In this document: in pieces, positions 11,408 through 23,462 of the stretch | Position numbering within the stretch: the stretch's first letter is position 1 | Layout of the letters: every line of letters starts with the position of its first letter | Assembly: GCA_951406725.2 (NCBI GenBank) | Contig: OX597819.1 | Location: forward strand, 13,578,001 to 13,642,000 | Direction: 5' to 3' | Source of the DNA: Octopus vulgaris | Taxonomy: Eukaryota | Length of the DNA stretch: 64,000 nucleotides | Made by a program: the position numbers and the translations under genes | Notes under the pieces: generated by a model | Databases searched by the model: none | Told to the model about the DNA's origin: nothing | What the model saw: the letters and a program-made list of their open reading frames with translations, nothing else

Positions 11408-12989
11408 ATATATAAATATATATAGTAGCCATACCATGCCAGTTGTGGGGACCAGTATTCCAGTGTGGGTGTCACCTAATCTTTGTTGGAGGTTTTAGTG
11501 TATTCTGTACTTGCTATTTTAAGAGTTGTGTGTTTGCCAGGAGAGAGAGAGAGAGTGAGTGAGTGAAGCCCAGAATTTTTAGCAACACTCAACTGCCACT
11601 CGTTAACATAAAACAACACAGAAAATTCAGCTTCAAAAAAAGCTTCATGATAGCAAAAGAGAATGGGCAGGAGCCGCCAGCCCAGAGGTTGGGGTAGGGT
11701 GCACCTACCTACCTCGGTTGCTATGGTGTTGAAGTAGATCTAGACACTCCTGTTAACAGGAACAAAACCCAGATTTAAAACACGGGGATGATGATGATGA
11801 TGATGATGAACACAGAAGATAAACTTTAAAAACCATCAGAACAAGGGTACAAACAAACACACTTGAACACACAGGTTTCTTTCTGTTTCTCTCTATGAAA
11901 TCCACTCAGAAGACCTTTCATGGCCTATGGCTATAGTAAAAAGACGGTTGCCCAAGGTGCCACACAGTGGGACTGAACCCAAGACTACATGTTTGGGAAG
12001 CAAGCTTATTAATCGCGAAGAAAAAAAAAAGACCATCTAGTCATGTTTGCAACCCCTTAATCATTCGTCTGTTCTTAAGAAGCTGATCTGGGACTAAACT
12101 CCTCCACCACCACCACCACCACATTCTGTTCTGTTACTGACGTCACCTGTTTGCTCCACCGATTAATCACAAACACTGCTTGACTATCATCTGTTCCCTT
12201 TTCTTTCTTACCATGGATATGGTAAAAGGGCAGGGAGTTAGAATCTAGGGATCACCTCTTCCTTCCACTCACACCACAAACCACTCCAAACACACAGCTG
12301 TTGGTTGACTTATCCTTAATTTATGTCTAGATTATAGGATTATAAGATTACTGACCTGACTGCTCGACAGTGTGTTGTCGTTTTGACCCAGGTCAGACTG
12401 GATCCAGCTGTCAGACCTCATGATCAAAGGCATTCCATTTGTGACCATCCTATTTGAAACTACATGATCCAATGTACCTTTTTTTATTGTTTTAAATTAG
12501 TAAATTATGATATGAGGTGAATTTGGTTATTATTTCTAGCAGGTTAAGCTACTATGCAAAGGGTCCTCTGTTGGCTCAGGGCCTAAAATGTGGAGTCACA
12601 CTCTGGTGCTTTTAATAACTTCAGTTTATGGTTCGTTGTGTGTGTGTTTGTGTGTAAGGCCAGCTTTATCGCCCATCATATCTGATGATGTTACATTAAT
12701 GCTATTCATTTGCATGTGTGAAGGTACAGCCGTGATTCATGGGATTCTCTGCTGCTGATTTACTCTCAGTACTCAGTTCCCCATTTTTGTGCATTTGTTA
12801 AGCATGTATATGTACACACATGCAGATGAAAATACACACATACATATACATACACACTACTATATCCAAAATGGAGACAAGTAGCAATGTTCTCATCTGG
12901 TGTACTTGAACAATTGTGAAGAATCTCTTTACATGAAACTATTGGCAGCCTTGTTAACCCACAAATAAGTATATATATATATATATATA

Positions 12990-13294
12990 TTTCGTTTTTG
13001 GATTTGGTTTGCAAGATTCTTTATATGAGTTCGTGTGTTGAAGCATATTCTGTTGTGTCTGGGGAGAGTCATTTTCTTTTTGTACCTTATTATGTAACAC
13101 ACTCACCAGTAAAATTTCCACTTTTTTGTTATTTTTATTTTCCTAAAATTTTCGTTGCGTTTTACTATTGAAAATGTTGCAAGACGCAACGAAAATTCTT
13201 GGAAAATAAAAATAAGAAATAAGTGGAAATTTTACCGGTGAGTGTGTTACATTATAAGGCACAAAAAGAAAATTACTCTTCCCAGACACAATAG
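12990..13294. repeat. Fold-back of a Penelope-type short repeat, ~115-bp imperfect arms
   Basis: About 13050-13162 is the reverse complement of about 13182-13294. Confidence 0.8.
13165..13201 (+). ncRNA. Hammerhead-like motif with U3-A8 core
   Basis: CUA-UUGAAAA-u-GUUGC(aagac)GCAAC-GAAA-AU-UC-UUG; the opposite arm shows the fully pairing UAG for stem I. Confidence 0.55.
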
Positions 13295-13311
13295 TGTATG
13301 TATATATATAT

Positions 13312-13634
13312 AGTGAAGGTGCATGGCTTAATGGTTAGGGCATTTGGCTCACGACCTTATGGTCGTGAGTTCATTTCCCAGCAGCGTGTTGTGTCCTTGA
13401 GCAAGACACTTTATTTCAAGTTGCTCCAGTCCACTCACCTGCAAAAATGTGTAGTACCTTTATTCCAAAGGGCCAGCCTTATCGCACTCTGTGTCACGCT
13501 GAATCTCCCTGAGAACTATGTTAAGGGTATACTTGTCTGTGGAGTGCTCAGCCACTTGCATGTTAACTTCATGAGCGAGCTGTTCCGTTGATCGTATCAG
13601 TTAGGACCTTCATCATCATACCCAACAGAGTGCT

Positions 13635-13635
<1 letters not shown>
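13312..13635 (+). mobile_element. SINE family B, older variant
   Basis: tRNA-like head tggcttaatgg; body ctgtggagtgctcagccac. Confidence 0.75.
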
Positions 13636-13680
<45 letters not shown>

Positions 13681-14189
13681 CATTAGGAATGGCATCAAGC
13701 TGTAGAAATTCTTTCAGATCAGATTGGAGTCTGGTGCAGCCATCTGGTTCGCCCAACCTCAGTCAAATCGTTCAACCCATGCTAGCATGGAAAGCGGACG
13801 TTAAACGATGATGATGATGAGATATATGTGTGTGTGTATATATATATATATACACTGAGGAGTTAGTTCCCCCCCTTGCCACCTGTTACCTCCTTTGGTC
13901 CACTCTCTAGACTCATTCTAATTTTTCAAACATCCAAAATGGCAAGACCCCTTTGTCACAAGAATTGATTACTTCACAATGTCCCGTGAAAAGCTAATTT
14001 AAATCACGAAGACCAGTTGGATATCACAACATCCATAAAATATGTATATATTTTTAAAAATTTCTTTATAAAAAGATATCAAACTATGTGAAACAAAGGC
14101 ATTTCTCTTCCACTTTTTATATATGTTTTCCACACGTGGCGTATACTGAATCTCCAGTATTTTTGCTCCTTTTATATATTTTTATATTC

Positions 14190-14197
14190 ATATATAC

Positions 14198-14247
<50 letters not shown>

Positions 14248-14333
14248 GTATATATATATGTATATGTATATATATATGTATATATATATATATGTATATG
14301 TATATATATATGTATATGTATATATATATGTAT

Positions 14334-14365
<32 letters not shown>

Positions 14366-14484
14366 GTATATGTATATATATATATGTATATGTATATATA
14401 TATATGTGTGTATATGTATATATATATATATATATATGTGTGTATATGTATATGTATGTATATGTATATATATATATGTATATG

Positions 14485-14545
<61 letters not shown>
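14190..14545. repeat. (TA)n/(TATATG)n microsatellite
   Basis: Direct reading. Confidence 0.95.
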
Positions 14546-14547
<2 letters not shown>

Positions 14548-14767
14548 GTGATGTGACTTGTTTGCCAAGGTTTATATCTGAGATTGCATGTGGAAACTAA
14601 AACAATTGCATTGTGGGAAAGCTGTGATGGCCATTAAAACCTCACACTCACGCCATGTTAGATTTTCTATTGTTTGTAACATAATTATTATATATTATTC
14701 ATTTATCAATGAAAGATTGGTATTTAATAATGCATAATAATAGTATAAAGCAAATGGAATGGGTGGG

Positions 14768-14809
<42 letters not shown>

Positions 14810-14935
14810 ATAGTGAAATGACTCTCCTACAATCCAATTATTTCCTGTATCTCATCATTATCATCATCATCATTGAATAAACAATAAAAGTTTTGTTTTG
14901 TCTTTTCAATTTTTATTGATTTTTTCTCGTTGCAG

Positions 14936-15028
14936 GAAGAGCAAGAGAAGCGGGCGAGTTATTTAGACGAACAGGAACGAAGGAAAAAATCAAGTTTTTG
15001 GACGTCTTCTTTCTTTGGGCGTCGGTGA
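14936..15028 (+). CDS. Terminal coding exon of unidentified gene (EEQEKRASYLDEQERRKKSSFWTSSFFGRR*)
   Basis: Long T-rich acceptor ending ttttctcgttgcag; coding-like stretch ending TGA then abrupt T run; the alternative frame stops at 14966 (WKSKRSGRVI*). Confidence 0.7.
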   Translation, partial: EEQEKRASYLDEQERRKKSSFWTSSFFGRR

Positions 15029-15227
15029 TGTTTTTTTTTGTAGTAGCCAATTTGAGATGAAACTAGAGTTTGTGGTGATGATGGTGGTGGTGGTGGTGCT
15101 TGCGTGTGTGTGTGTGTGAGAGAGACAGAGAAAGACAGAGAGAATGTGTGTGATACAACTAGCAATAACATGTTATCAGAAACAAACAAGTCCAAAATCT
15201 GTATTCTGAAACATCAGAAATGCATAG

Positions 15228-15272
<45 letters not shown>

Positions 15273-15554
15273 TGTTTAAATATTTGTTTTTTTTTTTGTT
15301 TTTACTTATCTTTGTTTTAAATACATAAGCAAAAAGAGCATTAGGCTTCAAATTTTGGGGCTTTGCGAGCTTGGATAAGTTTGCTGACATTAGTAGGGAT
15401 CATGGACCTTAACTATTTAGGACTAACTTTCCATCTCACAAAGAGAAATGCTTTTGCAGTTGTTGGAAAGTCATTTTCTCTTTGTAATTTTGAGTGAATT
15501 TGGTTATTGGAAACTGTACAAAGCCTACTGTATATCTATTTATCTGTCTATCTA

Positions 15555-15611
<57 letters not shown>

Positions 15612-15710
15612 GATTAAGGATAAAATCTTTATAAAATTTTATCAAGTAGTCAGCATGTAATAAACCATATAGGTAACAATTAATAGAAAATATATAATTA
15701 TATATTTTGC

Positions 15711-15761
<51 letters not shown>

Positions 15762-16273
15762 TAGATAGCTAAACAGATAGATATGTCAACACCATCATTC
15801 TAATGTCCACATTTTCATGCTCACAAAGGTCAGAAGGAATTCGAGACATTTTTATGGCCAGATGCTTTTCCTGTCACCAACCTTTACCTGCTTACAAGTA
15901 ATGTAACATTTTCTCAAGGCCAGACATGTTTTCACAGAAGAATGGACATGAAGGACATCACTCGTAGTATGACAGTGACACACATTTACACCCATCCCAC
16001 AATGTTACGGCAAGAACACACATACACGTACATAAAATGTATGTGTGGATGTTCACATCCTGTGGCTTCCCTTGTTATCACTTGAGCGAGTTTGTGATGT
16101 GTCTGCTTCCTGTAGATTATGATTGTCCACTTTGCACTTTGGAATGTCAATGGAATAAGAAATAATCCTTTACTTGAGAAATAGGTAATAGTTGATGACA
16201 GGAGGAACATCCAGCTGTGAAATCCTGCCTCAAATGAGTCCCTGTCCAACGCGTGGCAAAACAGCATGACGAA

Positions 16274-16540
16274 AACCGTTTTGATGCCAACCTGTCTGAG
16301 ACAGTTCCTGGTTCTCTGATATAAGCTTGTGGTTTGTAGGTGATCTAATTTAAAGCCTTCCATAAAAATTCCATGTTCGTTTCTGTTGCAAAAACCAGCT
16401 GAATACTGACAAAGTTATATTACTAAATTCTTCATAATTTTCGAACTTAATTAAATCAGAAGCTATGTATATCAATTAATTAAAAAACTGTATATATCAA
16501 TTAATTAAATCGAAAACTGTAATGGTAGCAAAAAGGTTAA
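16274..16540. mobile_element. piggyBac-like MITE, decayed
   Basis: Left aaccgttttgatgcc, right ggtagcaaaaaggttaa. Confidence 0.5.
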
Positions 16541-18115
16541 ATAACCAGAAAGGGTCTTCATACTCCTCTTCTCCTCAATGGCATTCAAACTTATCCAAAG
16601 TCCTGACCCTAATTCTTTGATGACAAAGGCCACCACCAATTCGGCCAGAGTTTGTTTTTGATCTGTTCTTCAAATATGGAATTGGTCTGTGTATTCAAAA
16701 GTATTTGTTGAGAAACTGCTGCTGCTGCTGCCATGGTAACCGTTTCAAATCGACCCATTGTCTGCCTTTGTCCTCAATGATTAACACTATAATTCCTTAT
16801 GTCTGTAGAAAAGTACATAAAAGACACAGAAGACATGGATGGGTGTGTGTGGGGGGGTGTTTGTATGTATCTAATGTCTCTATGCATGTGTGGTGTATGT
16901 ATGTACATACGTATGTGTGTATGGATGTAATTTTACATTCTTTGAATGCAGTTTCATTCAGTTGGCTTTTCAGTTGACCAGACACATCGGTGGCCGAGTG
17001 GGGGGGTACAAGAAAAAACAGAAAAGAACTCTGCTCACTTTCAGTTTATTCAAATGTGTGCGTGTGCATGTGCTCATGTGTGTGTGTGTGTGTAAGCTGC
17101 AAAAGTGTGTTGAATATAGTTGCAGGTGTGGTTGTGTGATTAAGAAGCTTGCTTTCCAATCATGTGGTCTTGGGTTCAGTCCCACTGCATGGCACCTTGG
17201 CCAACCAAAGCCTTCTGAATGGATTTGGAAGACAGAAACTGAAAGAAGCCTTTATTATGTCTTTCTGTTTGTATATATAGCCATGTCTTGATATCATGTG
17301 ATGACTGTAAACAAGCTTCACTGCCATCCAAGAGGTGTTGTTTGTTTCTGGTCTTCCATGAAAAAGTGTCTGGCCACATGGAAGTATCACCTTGTTTGAA
17401 ATGGATGGAGATTGGCAACAGGAAGGGCATCCATCTGTACGAAATCTAACTCAATAAACTCCATCTGACCCATGCAAGCATGGGAAAATGGTCATTGAAT
17501 GATGATCTGGGGAAGCAGAAATGGCGCATTGCACCAAAATTCCTTTGGTGTGTTTGTTACATCCCTTTTTACGTTTGGTCTGTGTTTATTTTTCTTCCTT
17601 CATTGGGAGATAGGCACCAAAGAAAAAAAACAAACAAAATTCTTTGAAAGTGTTGCTTCAGCTTGGCAGTCAAAACAATTATCAACTCTAAATAACATGA
17701 AGTAGTGGCAGTCAATGCCTAGAAAGTGGTGCTCTAGCTTGGCTGTAATCCAATGATTGAAACCCGTAATGAAAGCATGTATGTGTATATTATATATATA
17801 TATAGAGAGAGAGATTTGTGTGTGTATGTACTTATACACACAAGGAAGCACATACATGCAAAACAGGTTGGAAAAATAGTACTCAAGTACTGAACATAGA
17901 ATAATATACTATTTAGTAAATAAATAGTATAGTGTTTGTATATATATATACACACACCAATATTATATGGCTATCTCTGTCATATTCTAATCTCTGTGCT
18001 GAATCATGGATTTCGTTTTGCAACAGTTTCTCTGCTTTGTTATATTTCTGTTTCCTGGCAGAATTCCTAATTCCCAAAACTCATAAATAAAACCTGATTT
18101 TATGGAATTGTCAAC

Positions 18116-18530
18116 AGGTGCAGGAGTGGCTGTGTGGTAAGTAGCTTGCTTACCAACCACATGGTTGCGGGTTCAGTCCCACTGCATGGCATCTTGTACA
18201 AGTGTCTTCTCCTATAACCTCGGGCCGACCAAAGCCTTGTGAGTGGATTTGGTAGGCGGAAACTCAAAGAAGCCCATCGTATAAATGTAGTAATGTGTGT
18301 GTGTGTATGTGTATGAATATATATATGTGTGTCTGTGTTTGTCCCCCTAGCATTCCTTGACAACCAATGCTGGTGTGTTTATGTACCTGTCACTTAGCGG
18401 TTCAGCAAAAGAGACTGATAGAATAAGTACTGGGCTTACAAAGAATAAGTCCTGGGGTCGATTTGCTTGACTAAAGGTGGTGCTCCAGCATGGCTGCAGT
18501 CAAATGACTGAAACAAGTAAAAGAATAGAG
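18116..18530 (+). mobile_element. SINE family A
   Basis: Full head, body and tail. Confidence 0.85.
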
Positions 18531-18648
18531 TATATAAGAGAAGTACCAACTTTTGAGAGATGACCATTTCACTCTGTGGTCACTTTGCTTGCTGTATTTT
18601 AAATTTTGTTTTGTTTTCCTAACTGACAATCATTATTAATGTCCTTGT

Positions 18649-19033
18649 GTGGAGGCGCAATGGCCCAGTGGTTAGGGCAGCGGACTCGCGGTCATAGGAT
18701 CACGGTTTCGATTCCCATACCGGGCGTTGTGAGTGTTTATTGAGCGAAAACACCTAAAGCTCCACGAGGCTCCGGCAGGGGATGGTGGTGATCCCTGCTG
18801 TACTCTTTCACCACAACTTTCTCTCACTCTTACTTCCTGTTTCTGTTGTACCTGTATTTCAAAGGGCCGGCCTTGTCACTCTCTGCGTCACGCTGAATAT
18901 CCCCGAGAACTACATTAAGGGTGCACGTGTCTGTGGAGTGCTCAGCCACTCACACGTTAATTTCACGAGCAGGCTGTTCCATTGATTCGGATCAACCGGA
19001 ACCCTCATCGTCGTAACCGACGGAGTGCTTCCA
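18649..19033 (+). mobile_element. SINE family B (tRNA-derived), young, with TSD
   Basis: A box tggcccagtgg, B-box-like ggtttcgattcc; TSD attaatgtccttgt. Confidence 0.9.
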
Positions 19034-20091
19034 AAATTAATGTCCTTGTGTCCCAAGCACTGGACTTCTTTTTCGTCCACTCTTATTCTGCATGGAACAT
19101 ATTTTTTTGTCATGGAATAGAACAACAGACATTCCTTTCGCTACTGTTCTTTGCAAAATATAAAAACAATTTGGTTGTTTCTGACACAGAAGTTCCTGTT
19201 AATTGGGTTTCTTTTTGAAAACCTGAAAATAGTAAAATAGTAATTAAAACATTTGTCTCTAGTTTGTAACAATAATTAAAATAGATGTTGATTGATTTTT
19301 TTCCTGTCATACTTTACTTCATGCAGAGAGAGTTAACATAAGAGATGCAGGTCAAGTACACATACTAGGCTTGATGGCAGGCAATGAGTTAAAGAAACAC
19401 ACACACACACACATACACAATGGGTTTCTTTCAGATTCCTTCTGTGAAATCTGCTCACAAGGCTTTGGTCTGCTTGGGGTGAAAGCCGAAGGTACTTGCT
19501 TAACATTCTGTGTAATGGGACTGAGCTAGGAACAACCCAGCTTGCCAGCTCTGGTCAAACCGTCCAACCCTTGCCAGCATGGACAACAAGCGGTAAAGGA
19601 CGATGGTATTTATATATATATATTTATTTTACTATTTTCAAGGAAAACTTTTTCATCCTAAATGAAATGAGGCCACTCTAGGGTTTCATAAATATTTCAA
19701 TTCAAATTTTTTTTTTTTTTTTTTTGTCAAACCCACCAAAAATCCAAATCTTTCTTTATTTAGAGTTTATTTTCTCAATGAGAATCACAGTTTATCACAA
19801 AAGAAAATGAATGGCAGCCAACAGCTTCAGCGTGTTAATATGGCATTTTGGTCTGTTCTTCAATCACACACATACACACACACACACACACACACCACGA
19901 GCGAAAGGCATGTATTCTGCAGAGTTCATAGAAGTTTATTTTTAAACATTTTAGTCTGAAAGACCTGTGAAAGATATCAGTCCGAATGGTTATTTCATTC
20001 AACAGAAAATTTCATTTCAGACAAAACAAGGGGTTTGTTGTCTCCCCCCCACATGTCTGTTTTCTTTTTTCTTGTTATATTTTCTGTATAC

Positions 20092-20128
<37 letters not shown>

Positions 20129-20954
20129 TTCCAGGAGTAATTTTTTTCTTCTTTTCAAGTTATTTTGATTAGAAGTGGAGGAGGAATGAAGACAATTAAT
20201 TCCATAAAGGTTCTTTCTTTGATTCCAAGTTAAAACTGTTCCCATAGGCTCTCTCTCACATTCTAGTAGCAGTAGTAGTAGTAGTAGTACTACTGCTAAT
20301 TTTGTTTTGCTTTTTGTTTCTTGATTGTTCGACTCCCCACCCCACCCTCTTCTGCTTTTGGTCACAAAGATATCTTCCTATTTACTTCTATCCCCACCGT
20401 CCCACCCCCGCAGACAAATCTGACATTTTCCCAGCAGATGTGATTGGAAGGGTTGAATTACACATACACACACACTTGCATCTCATAAGTGAACCAGTAT
20501 ATAAAACATGGTTTATATTTAAAAACAGGACACAATATATATATATATATATATATAAGAGAGAGAGAGAGAGAGAGAAGTTAGTGTGTGTATACATGTG
20601 TGTGTATGTATCTTTGCAGATTTAAAAACAACTAAAATACTCGTTTTTATTTCAACCGATGTACTCCTATTCCTCTCCTGCCTCCCTATCTTTTATGTAT
20701 CCCTCCTCCTCAAAATGACGACGATGGAGAACAAACATATTTAATCAAGTTCTTGGCCGTATGGCCTCAGCAATTCCTTCTCCAAGACATTTTCTCAACT
20801 GTTTTTCAGTGCCATTCCTCTAAACCAGTAAAAGTTTGTGAATTGTTACTTTCCATCTTTGCTTTCACTCCCCCCTTCCCTACCCTCCCATTTGGCCCCA
20901 TGGATTCATTGCTCTTCCAGTGTGAACCCTATTTTGAAAGTCTTACTTGAAGTA

Positions 20955-21312
20955 TGGAGATGTACTCGCATAGCAAGTAATTTGATCTGAGATTGTGTGC
21001 TGAAACGAAAACAATTGCAGCGTGGAAGGTGCTTATAAGCCATTTAAGAAACACACAAAAGCCGTTCGATTCACTTCAACATTTAAGTTTAATTTGTCAA
21101 AAATATTTTCGGCGCTAAAATCCGCGACCTGTTCACTGACAAAAATCCGTGCTGCATCCGTGCTGAGATGCAGCACGGATTTTTGTCAGTGAACAGGTCG
21201 CGGATTTTAGCGACGAAAATATTTTGACAAATTAAACTTAAATGTTGAAGTGAATCGAACGGCTTTTGTGTGTTTCTTAAATGGCTTATAAACACCTTCC
21301 ACGCTGCAATTG
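20955..21312. mobile_element. Fold-back insertion with ~149-bp arms, 8-nt loop and 12-bp TSD
   Basis: 21010-21158 vs 21167-21314 near-perfect; ttacttgaagta at 20943-20954 and 21313-21324. Confidence 0.85.
21182..21231 (+). ncRNA. Hammerhead-like motif with G3-C8 core (mirror copy on - strand at about 21093-21143)
   Basis: UUUGUCA-GUGAACA-g-GUCGC(ggauuuua)GCGAC-GAAA-AUAU-UU-UGACAAA; 7-bp stem I, 5-bp stem II. Confidence 0.65.
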
Positions 21313-21679
21313 TTACTTGAAGTAATTTTCTTGATTCATATTTCAACTTTTTTCTTAGAATTCTGTTGGAATTAATTTTTGATAAAGTCAAGATTCTGGA
21401 ATGCTTTTGTTCTATGTTTGTATGGGTTCAGGTGAATTTAAGGCAGATTTTCCACAACCGGATGGCCTTCCTGTCAACTCTTACCTGTTTCCAATGAAGA
21501 TAATATTTCCCCATGGTCAGACACGTTTTCACAAAAGATTAGAAATGAATGACCCTGCTTGTGTAACAGTGACTCTCATTTACGACTATCATGTCATGTC
21601 AAGACAAAGCAATACATACATACTCTAATACACACATACACACATTCAGTTTCTATGCATCATATTCGTTTAGTTGGTT

Positions 21680-22190
21680 CAGGGCTGTTGTTGTTTGTCC
21701 CTTCTCAAGCTATGCTCGGCTCATAAGGGCCGGTTTCATTGGCGTATAGGTTCCCCACCTGGACAGGACACTGATCCATCACAGGTGAGCTGCTAGATGC
21801 AAGAGGAAGTAAATAAGAGAAAGTTCTGGCGAAAATTCAGCAGAATGGTAACAAGCTGGTAGAAATGTTTCCATGCCAAGTGAAATGCTTATGGTATTTC
21901 GTCTGTGCTTATGCTCTGAGTTCAAATTCCATCGAGGTCGACTTTGCCTTTTATCCTTTCGGGGTCGATAAATTAAGTACCAGTTTTGTACTGAAATCGA
22001 TCTAATTGACTGGGCCCCTCCCCCAAACTTTCAAGCCTTGTGCCTAGAGTAGAAAACAAAGAGTCAGTGGAAGTTCGCCATTACCTTCTGCTGGAGCCAC
22101 ATGGAGTTTAGGTGTTTTGCTCATGAAATTCGAACCTGGGATCCCTCGACCGCAAGTCTGCTACTCCAACCACCAGGCTATATGTCTCCA
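21680..22190. mobile_element. Family-B-related SINE (-) interrupted by SINE family C (+, about 21855-22055)
   Basis: gactttgccttttatcctttcggggtcgataaattaagtaccag nested between the two halves. Confidence 0.65.
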
Positions 22191-22394
22191 GGGTTGTAGT
22201 AGAAAACATTTGCCTAAGGTGCCACACTGTGGGACTGAACCCAGAACCATATGATTGGGAAGTGAACTATTGATTTGCATTGCCACACTTGTACCTGTAT
22301 TGGTGTACATTCTGTTGGTGTCAACTCACTGGAATCTCCCAAGATCATTCATGTTGTCAGATTTTAACCAAGGTTTCCATTCAGATATAAACAT

Positions 22395-22735
22395 AGGTGC
22401 TGGAGTGGCTGTGTGGTAAGAAGCTTGCTTCCCAACCACATGGCTCCAAGTTCAGTCCCACTGCGTAGCACCTTGGGCAAGTGTCTTCTATAGCCTTAGG
22501 CTGACCAAAGCTTTGTGAGTGCATTTGGTAGATGGAAACTGAAAGAAGCCCGTCGTATATATGTGTATATATGTGTCCATCCCCTCATCGCTTGACAACT
22601 GATGTTGGTGTGTTTATGTCCCCATCACTTAGCAGTTCAGCAAAAAAGACTGATAGAATAAGTCCTGGGGTCGATTCATTTGACTAAAGGTGCTGCTGCA
22701 GCATGGCTGTAGTTGAATGACTGAAACAAGTTAAA
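22395..22735 (+). mobile_element. SINE family A
   Basis: Head, body and tail; tail abuts the 48-bp array. Confidence 0.85.
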
Positions 22736-22739
22736 AAAA

Positions 22740-23462
22740 AAAAGAAGGATAGGCATTCTGGTGTCAGTTGGTATGGAAAGGGTTGTCAAAAGAAGGATAG
22801 GCATTCTGGTGTCAGTTGGTATGAAAAGGGCTGTCAAAAGAAGGATAGGCATTCTGGTGTCAGTTGGTATGAAAAGGGCTGTCAAAAGAAGGATAGGCAT
22901 TCTGGTGTCAGTTGGTATGGAAAGGGCTGTCAAAAGAAGGATACGCATTCTGGTGTCAGTTGGTATGAAAAGGGCTGTCAAAAGAAGGATACGCATTCTG
23001 GTGTCAGTTGGTATGGAAAGGGTTGTCAAAAGAAGGATAGGCATTCTGGTGTCAGTTGGTATGAAAAGGGCTGTCAAAAGAAGGATAGGCATTCTGGTGT
23101 CAGTTGGTATGAAAAGGGCTGTCAAAAGAAGGATAGGCATTCTGGTGTCAGTTGGTATGAAAAGGGCTGTCAAAAGAAGGATAGGCATTCTGGTGTCAGT
23201 TGGTATGGAAAGGGCTGTCAAAAGAAGGATAGGCATTCTGGTGTCAGTTGGTATGAAAAGGGCTGTCAAAAGAAGGATAGGCATTCTGGTGTCAGTTGGT
23301 ATGAAAAGGGCTGTCAAAAGAAGGATAGGCATTCTGGTGTCAGTTGGTATGGAAAGGGCTGTCAAAAGAAGGATAGGCATTCTGGTGTCAGTTGGTATGA
23401 AAAGGGCTGTCAAAAGAAGGATAGGCATTCTGGTGTCAGTTGGTATGGAAAGGGTTGTCAAA
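22740..23462. repeat. Minisatellite, 15 x 48 bp
   Basis: Unit aaaagaaggataggcattctggtgtcagttggtatg(g/a)aaaggg(c/t)tgtc; three variable sites. Confidence 0.95.

Noticed and set aside
18649-18725. tRNA genes at SINE heads, also 36466-36537
   Set aside because: A and B boxes present but the cloverleaf is incomplete and sequence continues into SINE bodies.
18782-18985. Recurrent 67-aa ORF MVVIPAVLFHH as a gene family
   Set aside because: It is the body of SINE family B in every instance.
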